Shown: positions 57,463 through 64,000 of the stretch, one piece after another
Position numbering within the stretch: position 1 is the stretch's first letter
Layout: each line of letters begins with the position of its first letter
DNA from: a virus
DNA length: 64,000 nt
Direction: 5' to 3' (one strand)
IMG/VR virus record: IMGVR_UViG_3300028840_004184
Location: 1 to 64,000 of that record
Position numbers and translations under genes: made by a program
Notes under the pieces: generated by a model
Seen by the model: the letters and a program-made list of their open reading frames with translations, nothing else
Databases searched by the model: none
Told to the model about the DNA's origin: nothing

Positions 57463-58579
57463 TATCAATTATTGGTATGATACAACTAATGTAAGGGTGA
57501 AGATGAGGGCTGGTTTGCCTCGCAATAATACAGATGTAGTTATTATTGGTGGTGGGATAGCTGGTCTCAATACATTACATTGTTTGTTATCTAGAGGGAT
57601 AGATGCTATTTTGTTAGAAAAAAACGATGTAGGATTCAAGGCAAGCGGCAGAGCTAATGGCAGCGTCGGAGTTCCTTCCCGTATTGCTAAATATCCATGT
57701 TCTTTTGACGATCTGTATGGTATGGTTAAAACCAATAATAATATTCTTAGAAGAATGATTCAAACAGAAGGCATGGACTGTCATTTGGATATGTGTGGGG
57801 AATTCCAAATATGTACTGACGATCAGTCTGACAAGATGGTCGAGTCGGATGTTCATAGAGCTATTATGCATATGAATAAGGATTTATTGGATGGCATCGT
57901 TCCTAGTAAGGTGTTCGATGGTGGCTTATTTATGCCCGTGTCTTTTATGGTGAATAGTTATCGTTTGCTTTATTGTTTGGTGACTAAGTGTGAATCTTCG
58001 GGAAGCCGTATTTTTAGTCATATAGATGTTAAGAAGATAACACCACTTAAAAAAAGCGTTAAGATTACCCTGGATGATACAAATGTAATAAAGTGCAACA
58101 AGGTTGTTGTATGTAATGCTGATTTGGCCAAGAAGTTTGTTGATAACGACATATTAAGTGAGGCTACATTATATGGTGGATGCAGCCCTACTTTGCCGCT
58201 AGGTAAATGTTATACTTTTCCACCTTCGCCCATATATATATTAAACGATAATGTTAGATTGAGAATATATGGACAACGTTTATTTGTTGATGTGTTGGAT
58301 GGGCGAGATGTTATAGATGTTATGCCTAAAATATATTCCTATTTTAGTCATATTGCTGGCATAAATTTAGAATATGAGTGGTCAGGCAGAGTGGTTAATA
58401 CTAAGGATGGGCTTCCTTTGATTGGTGGTACACGTCATAGTAATGTTTATTTGAACACAGCGTTTGGGTATCACGGTTTAAGTTTTGCCTTTTTGGGTGG
58501 ACATATTATTAGTGATTGTATTATTAACGAAGTCAATGATCATAAACTTTTGTATCCTGGTCGTTTTGAAAAGGAGTAA
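57452..58579 (+). CDS. FAD-dependent oxidoreductase (DAO/PuuB-like family)
   Basis: DVVIIGGGIAGL, LLEK..GFKASGRANG, WSG...T.DGLPLIG, FGYHGLS. Confidence 0.8.
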   Translation: MATNINYWYDTTNVRVKMRAGLPRNNTDVVIIGGGIAGLNTLHCLLSRGIDAILLEKNDVGFKASGRANGSVGVPSRIAKYPCSFDDLYGMVKTNNNILRRMIQTEGMDCHLDMCGEFQICTDDQSDKMVESDVHRAIMHMNKDLLDGIVPSKVFDGGLFMPVSFMVNSYRLLYCLVTKCESSGSRIFSHIDVKKITPLKKSVKITLDDTNVIKCNKVVVCNADLAKKFVDNDILSEATLYGGCSPTLPLGKCYTFPPSPIYILNDNVRLRIYGQRLFVDVLDGRDVIDVMPKIYSYFSHIAGINLEYEWSGRVVNTKDGLPLIGGTRHSNVYLNTAFGYHGLSFAFLGGHIISDCIINEVNDHKLLYPGRFEKE

Positions 58580-58588
58580 TGTATATAG

Positions 58589-60484
58589 ATGGAACTTAGA
58601 GGACTGTCGCGAGATGTTTTTATGGACAAGTACGCCGCTCCAGGCGAAAAAGAATGGTGCGAACTATCAAAACGCGTATCTCATAATATAGCCTTAGCCG
58701 AAGGTGGTAATTACAATAAGTGGGTTGATCCGTTTTTTGACATTATAAATAATATGGACTTTATACCCGGCGGGAGAATATTGTTTGGTGCTGGTAGAGC
58801 GAATCAATCGCTACTCAATTGTTTTTCGCTACAATTTGAGGATAACGTTGAATCTTTAGGCAGGGGGCTAAGAGATGTTTATTTAATATCTTGTCAGGGG
58901 GGCGGAATTGGAATAAATTTCTCAAAAATCAGACCCAAGGGAGACCCAATACAGAATATTCCTTTTTCTGCTCCAGGGGTTGTATCTGAGATTAGAAAAA
59001 TTAATGTGATAGGCGAAGAAGTAAAGGGTGGAAAAAATAGACGCACAGCCTTATTGGCTGTTTTAAACGCAGACCATCCTGATATCTTAGATTTCCTGCA
59101 TGCTAAGTTAGATCTAAGTCAGTTAAATAATTTTAATATATCTATCGGAATAACGAATGAATTTCTCAAGTCGGTTCAGAAAAATAAAGAATGGCGTTTT
59201 AAATTTAACAACAAAGATTACAATGTATATAGTGTAGATAAAATTCCATTTGGTGACAAGAAGAAAGAAGTCGTCCAGGTAGTAGCTCTTAACGAAGAAG
59301 ATGCTATTGGTCGTGCCCGATATGCATGCAAAGATAATGCCGCAGACGACTTTAAAAATGCACGTATAGCTAAATATATGGCAAAAGATTTATGGAATAG
59401 GATTATAGAAAACTCGTGGCGGTGTGGTGATCCTGGGTTATTTAATCTTGATCTTGTGAATACACACACAACTGTTAGTTATTTTGAACGTCTTGATCAG
59501 TGCAACCCATGCGGAGAGATACCTTTACCACCCTATGGTTCTTGTTGTCTTGGTTCCATCAATTTAAATAATATGTTTAACCCCAGAACCAATGATGTTA
59601 ACTGGTCCAAGTTGAGTCGGACTATTAAAATGGCGGTTAGGTTTCTTGATGATGTTTTATCAATCAATAACTATCCTATTTCATTAACAAAAGAAGTTAG
59701 TTCAAGATCGAGACGAATAGGGCTTGGCGTCATGGGTTTGCATTATTTGCTTATTAAGAAGAAATACAGGTATGGTGATGATAAGTGTCAAGAGTTTCTT
59801 GAAAGATTATTTATGAAGATCCGTAACGAAGCCTATATTGCGTCTACAGAATTGGCTGAAGAAAAAGGCGTTTTCCCCGCGTTCGATGTCGAGGCATATC
59901 TTAAAGAAGAGTTTATTAAACATCTTCCTTCGCGAGTTACAAGACGGATCAAAAAATGCGGTATAAGAAACGCCACTCTGTTGACTATTCCTCCCACTGG
60001 GACTACTTCCATAGTTGTGGGTGTATCGTCAGGTATTGAGCCTATATTTGCCCCTGTTTATAAAAGGAGCTATAGGGACCCAGAAGATGCTTCTGTGTGG
60101 AGATCATCTATTGTTGTAGATAAATTATTTAAAGAACTATATGAAAACGGACAAGACGTTAGTCATATTATAGGGGCACATGACGTAACACCAGAGGAGC
60201 ATTTGCAAGTTCAGGCAACAGTACAGCAATTTTTAGACTCTTCGATAAGTAAAACAATTAATGTCCCAGAAAAGATAAGCACAAAACATTTGTCTGATAT
60301 AGTTTTCGAATTTATTCTTGGGCTTAAGGGTGTGACAATTTATCGTACCAACAGCAGAGGGCAAGAACCATTGATACCGATAAAAATAAAAGACGACAGT
60401 CATATGCAACGTCTTCTTAAGAAGGCTAACGAAAATGGTAGTAATTCTATAGATACATGTAAAAGTGGGTCTTGTGAGCTATGA
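58589..60484 (+). CDS. nrdJ: Adenosylcobalamin-dependent (class II) ribonucleotide reductase
   Basis: FIPGGRIL, LLNCF, GGGIG.NFS, NPCGE, SCCLGSINL, RRIGLGVMGL, PPTGTTS, C-terminal CKSGSCEL; no beta-subunit gene seen. Confidence 0.88.
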   Translation: MELRGLSRDVFMDKYAAPGEKEWCELSKRVSHNIALAEGGNYNKWVDPFFDIINNMDFIPGGRILFGAGRANQSLLNCFSLQFEDNVESLGRGLRDVYLISCQGGGIGINFSKIRPKGDPIQNIPFSAPGVVSEIRKINVIGEEVKGGKNRRTALLAVLNADHPDILDFLHAKLDLSQLNNFNISIGITNEFLKSVQKNKEWRFKFNNKDYNVYSVDKIPFGDKKKEVVQVVALNEEDAIGRARYACKDNAADDFKNARIAKYMAKDLWNRIIENSWRCGDPGLFNLDLVNTHTTVSYFERLDQCNPCGEIPLPPYGSCCLGSINLNNMFNPRTNDVNWSKLSRTIKMAVRFLDDVLSINNYPISLTKEVSSRSRRIGLGVMGLHYLLIKKKYRYGDDKCQEFLERLFMKIRNEAYIASTELAEEKGVFPAFDVEAYLKEEFIKHLPSRVTRRIKKCGIRNATLLTIPPTGTTSIVVGVSSGIEPIFAPVYKRSYRDPEDASVWRSSIVVDKLFKELYENGQDVSHIIGAHDVTPEEHLQVQATVQQFLDSSISKTINVPEKISTKHLSDIVFEFILGLKGVTIYRTNSRGQEPLIPIKIKDDSHMQRLLKKANENGSNSIDTCKSGSCEL

Positions 60485-60960
60485 TATTGCCAAATAGAAA
60501 ACAAGCTGAAATAGACCAAAAGTGGCTAAGGGTAGCCGAATGTATAGCCAATGAATTCAGTCGATGTAAAAAACGCAAATGCGGAGCTATTATAGTCGGT
60601 ATCTATGGCAACATAGTTGGTACCGGCTATAATTTTCATCCTAAAAAAACCTGCCTTGATCATATTTGCTTAAGAGAAGAGGTTAAGAGTGGAAGTAATA
60701 ATGATATAGGTTATTGCTGTCATGCCGAAGTCAATGCGGCTACACATGCTAATTATAATGATATGCAGAGGGCCACCATGTATGTTACGCATGCCCCATG
60801 TATTCAATGTGCTCGTTATATTTTAAATTCAGGTATTGCACGATTAGTGTACTATATAGATGACCAGGATCGTATTGATGGCATAAGGCTAATCAAGGAT
60901 TTAACGGCTGACTGTGGGCCGATGCGTTTCACTATGAGTAGCTATAAACGCCAAGAATAA
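60481..60960 (+). CDS. dCMP deaminase
   Basis: S.C..R..GAIIV, GTGYN, HAEVNA, APCIQC. Confidence 0.9.
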   Translation: MILPNRKQAEIDQKWLRVAECIANEFSRCKKRKCGAIIVGIYGNIVGTGYNFHPKKTCLDHICLREEVKSGSNNDIGYCCHAEVNAATHANYNDMQRATMYVTHAPCIQCARYILNSGIARLVYYIDDQDRIDGIRLIKDLTADCGPMRFTMSSYKRQE

Positions 60961-60986
60961 CGTATCCTAAGTAGGAGTAATATTTT

Positions 60987-61631
60987 ATGAGTAATGTTAC
61001 AATTTGTGATTGGTGTAAGAAACCATTTGATGATAATCAACTCAGGCCGGTTACTTTTCCAAGCAACACTTCTATGCCAGGCAGTGGTGCCGAATCCTCA
61101 TCAGACGAGTCTTTTGATCTTTGCACAAAGTGCAACGAGCAGGTTATTTCTCGATTAAGGAGCAGGGACGTACAGCTTTTTGCCGTCAACGTGAACCCAA
61201 CCATGGGACTAGAAGAATATGTGGATGATGATGGCTATGATTTTGTTGAGGAGTCTGGTGCATCACGCAGAAATAAGAGGAGGCAGCAACCGAAGAAGGC
61301 TGATGTATGGCCTGAGGATCGTGGTGATAAAATTGCTGCTATTGAGCGTGGTGACGTGCCTGTTCGTGATGGAGAAGAAAAGTCTGCTGCACGATCGAGG
61401 TCTAGTGGTGGACGTGTATTTAAGGACTCAAAGTCCGCCGAACATGCAGGAGATAAAAGAAAATGTCCTCACATGAACAAAGGCAGGATTGCTGGTATCC
61501 AAACTGGTCGTCCTTGGCGGCAGTGTTTAGATTGCAATAAAAAGATACCCATAAAGCGACCTGACGAAAAAGGTTTAACTAGGCCGCCTGCGGGTGTTAA
61601 TTTAGTATCGAGTAATGATAGAAGAAGATAG
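60987..61631 (+). CDS. Hypothetical protein with Cys motifs
   Basis: CDWC...LCTKC at the N-terminus, CPH...CLDC at the C-terminus, disordered middle. Confidence 0.55.
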   Translation: MSNVTICDWCKKPFDDNQLRPVTFPSNTSMPGSGAESSSDESFDLCTKCNEQVISRLRSRDVQLFAVNVNPTMGLEEYVDDDGYDFVEESGASRRNKRRQQPKKADVWPEDRGDKIAAIERGDVPVRDGEEKSAARSRSSGGRVFKDSKSAEHAGDKRKCPHMNKGRIAGIQTGRPWRQCLDCNKKIPIKRPDEKGLTRPPAGVNLVSSNDRRR

Positions 61632-61640
61632 GAGGATATT

Positions 61641-62099
61641 ATGAGAGTTATTCTTAGCCTGGCTTTAGTTATGTTAACATTGGGTGGATGTGTTTTGTTT
61701 GGTGGGATGCAGCAGTCATTGACTCAAATGAATGATGCTCAGTTTACGGCATTAGAAAAACAAATCTATCTGATTAGTAATCGTGGCTTTGCTAGATTGT
61801 TTACTGAGCGACCAGACCTTAAAGAGGATATGGCTTCGTTTGCTGAGATTGTTGGACCATATCTTGATGAAGCTGATTCAGATGCAGCTTTTTTTATCAC
61901 TGATGTACTTGATTCCGTTTTGCTTAAAATTTCAGACCCTGATGTGAAATTTATCCTTGAATTGGCGTTATTGGAGATACAGAAGTATGGTGGGTTGAGC
62001 TATATTGATGATGCTGAAGTAGAAGCGATTTTAAATATGCGTAGCATGAAGCTTGTTCAGGCTATTTTGAAAGGATTTGTAGAAGCCTTAAATGGTTAA
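61641..62099 (+). CDS. Putative lipoprotein
   Basis: MR, hydrophobic stretch, lipobox LGGC; AGGAGG RBS. Confidence 0.6.
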   Translation: MRVILSLALVMLTLGGCVLFGGMQQSLTQMNDAQFTALEKQIYLISNRGFARLFTERPDLKEDMASFAEIVGPYLDEADSDAAFFITDVLDSVLLKISDPDVKFILELALLEIQKYGGLSYIDDAEVEAILNMRSMKLVQAILKGFVEALNG

Positions 62100-62562
62100 T
62101 TGCTATTTTGATAATAAAAATTATTATTTCACAGATGGAGATGGTGGCTTTACTTTTTTTGCTGGCTCTGATTCTGTGGCTATGTGGAAGTTGTCATCTG
62201 ATTATCAGAGATCGTATTTGTTGTTAATGAATATGATAGCGGATCTTAAAGTCAATGGCATTAAAAATGTCAAGATACATCACAATACTAGAATTGTAGA
62301 AGAAGTAGGGGGTGTTATTAAACCTATGAATACATGGGGAAATAATGCCCTTTTGATTATTCGTCGTAATTATTTGCCGTATCTTATTGATTATTCTATA
62401 GTTAAAATATCGTCTGAAGAACTTGCTTCTGTGATTAGCGAAGGAAGAAAAAATATACAGCATTCTTGTGATATAGATCCATCGAAATTGTTACAAAGTT
62501 TTAAACAGAAGAGATTTAGGAGGTTTAAGCGTCGTTTTTCTAAGGAGGATGTACAAAATTGA
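62092..62562 (+). CDS. Hypothetical protein (possible degenerate RNase H fold)
   Basis: Y..L...I..L...G...V.I...TRIVEEV.G spacing resembles RNase HI-like proteins, but the catalytic acids are not evident. Confidence 0.35.
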   Translation: MVNCYFDNKNYYFTDGDGGFTFFAGSDSVAMWKLSSDYQRSYLLLMNMIADLKVNGIKNVKIHHNTRIVEEVGGVIKPMNTWGNNALLIIRRNYLPYLIDYSIVKISSEELASVISEGRKNIQHSCDIDPSKLLQSFKQKRFRRFKRRFSKEDVQN

Positions 62563-62675
62563 AAAGGGCAGTTGGGACAAAGGATGATCGTCGAGCAAAT
62601 TATGAGAGAAAAAAAGACGGCAAAAAAAGGGATCGCCGTAAGTCATTGTATAGGGACAAAAAATTGGAGAAATAG
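62559..62675 (+). CDS. Small 38-aa basic protein not in the ORF track
   Basis: TTG start 10 nt after AAGGAGG, overlapping the upstream stop; fills the gap up to the ATG at 62678. Confidence 0.45.
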   Translation: MKRAVGTKDDRRANYERKKDGKKRDRRKSLYRDKKLEK

Positions 62676-62677
62676 TT

Positions 62678-62890
62678 ATGGAGAAGGAAATTAGAAATGT
62701 TTTGAAGAAATTTTTTGATAAGTATGAGGTGCCTAATTCGGCTATAGAGTCTGCTGTTACCGAAATTTTAAGACTTGCTGCCGGTGGTCCTCCTAAGCAG
62801 AAGTATGGTGCTGTAGTGATGACTGAAGAGGCTTCTATGGCTGCTGATCAGAAGCTTGGTGGTGGTCGTCAGAAGCCTCCAATCGTTTAA
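62678..62890 (+). CDS. Hypothetical protein
   Basis: 70-aa ORF with GGAG RBS; last gene before the terminator. Confidence 0.55.
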   Translation: MEKEIRNVLKKFFDKYEVPNSAIESAVTEILRLAAGGPPKQKYGAVVMTEEASMAADQKLGGGRQKPPIV

Positions 62891-62945
62891 TCTTGCCTAA
62901 CTAAAAACATATCTACCTCAGTGGACCACAAGTTCGCTGGCCGCC

Positions 62946-62974
62946 AAACCCCCGAGTGGTGACCGGGGGTTTTT
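62946..62974 (+). terminator. Rho-independent terminator
   Basis: Stem AAACCCCCG/CGGGGGTTT with a 9-nt loop, then a T-run. Confidence 0.8.
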
Positions 62975-63001
62975 AATTCTATTCGTCTTTTTGTCATTAT
63001 T

Positions 63002-63018
63002 TAGTGTATATTTCTATA
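63002..63018 (+). promoter_or_regulatory. Candidate promoter motif, copy 3
   Basis: TAGTGTATATTTCTATA just after the terminator and upstream of a new gene block. Confidence 0.45.
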
Positions 63019-63090
63019 TTAGGACTCCCTACAACCTGTTATTGTTTTGGGGTTATTGGGTTATTGTGGCTGAAAGGAGGCTATAGAATA

Positions 63091-63537
63091 ATGCGTGTTA
63101 CTCAATCCATTATTGGTAGTGGAACTACAACTCTTACATCTGACATACGTCCTGGCGTTGTACCAAGTAGAGGAACTCAACCCGCACAAGGTATAAGAGA
63201 CGGCATGAACGTTGTTGTGATCAATCCTGAAGACTTAAACTCTTCACCATTTTTTGCTTCGTCTGGTGTGATGCTTGCTGCGGATACCGTCACCGAAATT
63301 CCTGGTCTTTTACCTTTGCGGAGAACGGTGCAGTTTGCTAGTACTGGTCCCGGATGGGTGTTTATAGGCTTTAATCCTGATGAATTGACCGTTATGAATG
63401 GTTTTCCTGTGCCGATGATTAAGATGGGTAATCAGACGGGACCTGGGACGTATTTAAAATTAAATTTGTTGCCTGGTGTTCAAATATTCGCTGTTTCTAG
63501 CGGCGAAGTATCTGATGTTCGCTGGACGGAATACTAA
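63091..63537 (+). CDS. Putative virion/decoration protein (paralog of next ORF)
   Basis: AAAGGAGG RBS favours ATG 63091; RRTVQF...VFIGF...NGFP...QIFAVS. Confidence 0.5.
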   Translation: MRVTQSIIGSGTTTLTSDIRPGVVPSRGTQPAQGIRDGMNVVVINPEDLNSSPFFASSGVMLAADTVTEIPGLLPLRRTVQFASTGPGWVFIGFNPDELTVMNGFPVPMIKMGNQTGPGTYLKLNLLPGVQIFAVSSGEVSDVRWTEY

Positions 63538-63552
63538 ACCCGGAGGTGAATT

Positions 63553-63990
63553 ATGCCTCATACGGCAGTTACATTACCCGGAAGTGGTACTGTCCCATCT
63601 ATTTATTCTTCTTTGCCCGGAGAGGAAGACTATGGCACTGTTGATGCTGTAACGCGTCGTGATGCTGATCCTATAGCCGTTATGAATGTCGAGGACTTCT
63701 CTGCTTTTTTGGGGCCTGGAGATACCCAAATTGTCACTGTGACCGGTGGTGGTGCGGCTGTTAAGTTGGATAAAGGGATAGTTAATAGGCGTGCTGTCGC
63801 TATTGTCAATACGCATGAAACCGCTATTCTATATGTAGGTTTTCGAGATACGATTACCACGAGTGCCGGTCCATTGGCTGGTTATCCTATCCTTCCTAGA
63901 ACCGGTATATCAATTAATTGTACTAATCGATATCAGATATGGGGTAGAAGTACCGCTAATATTGATGCGGGGATTATGGAGATAGCGTAA
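63553..63990 (+). CDS. Putative virion/decoration protein
   Basis: GGAGGT RBS; RRAVAI.N...LYVGF...AGYP...QIWGRS, similar to the upstream ORF. Confidence 0.5.
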   Translation: MPHTAVTLPGSGTVPSIYSSLPGEEDYGTVDAVTRRDADPIAVMNVEDFSAFLGPGDTQIVTVTGGGAAVKLDKGIVNRRAVAIVNTHETAILYVGFRDTITTSAGPLAGYPILPRTGISINCTNRYQIWGRSTANIDAGIMEIA

Positions 63991-64000
63991 TGATTAATGG

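Noticed and set aside
63004-63090. GTG-start extension of the 63004 ORF
   Set aside because: The GTG is part of the promoter-like motif; AAAGGAGG supports ATG 63091
1539-63860. Numerous minus-strand and nested short ORFs in the ORF track
   Set aside because: All overlap long, motif-supported + strand genes and show no recognisable motifs; treated as shadow ORFs
1-64000. Stop-codon recoding (alternative genetic code) and tRNA genes, as seen in some large phages
   Set aside because: Conserved genes are full length under code 11, and TAA, TAG and TGA all act as stops at tight gene junctions; intergenic gaps show no cloverleaf or T-loop signatures by eye

Overview
This 64 kb window looks like part of a large tailed-phage genome (Caudoviricetes). 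All credible genes are on the + strand and tightly packed. I found no host housekeeping operons, tRNA/rRNA genes or CRISPR array. Layout: (1) 1-20.3 kb, tail/virion module with a tape measure protein, a LamG/PKD fibre-like protein and large beta-rich tail proteins; (2) 21-28 kb, RecA, DnaB, DnaG, nucleotide enzymes, a PD-(D/E)XK nuclease and a ClpP-like protease; (3) 28-34 kb, methyltransferases, a GT2 and a sulfotransferase-like gene; (4) DnaE and SSB; (5) 38-55.5 kb, about ten more glycosyltransferases plus fcl and an intein-containing gmd (GDP-L-fucose pathway); (6) an FAD oxidoreductase, class II ribonucleotide reductase, dCMP deaminase and small ORFs, then a terminator and probably a new structural operon. 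The best candidate for an undescribed system is a soluble glycan-building kit (about 11 GTs, 5-6 methyltransferases, a sulfotransferase, Gmd/Fcl; no flippase or polymerase seen) together with strong Ser-Gly ([A/P/V/S/G]-S-G) enrichment in the external tail proteins. This suggests sequon-directed O-glycosylation of the virion. That is an inference and is untested. Product calls come from motifs recognised by eye, and all counts are hand counts.
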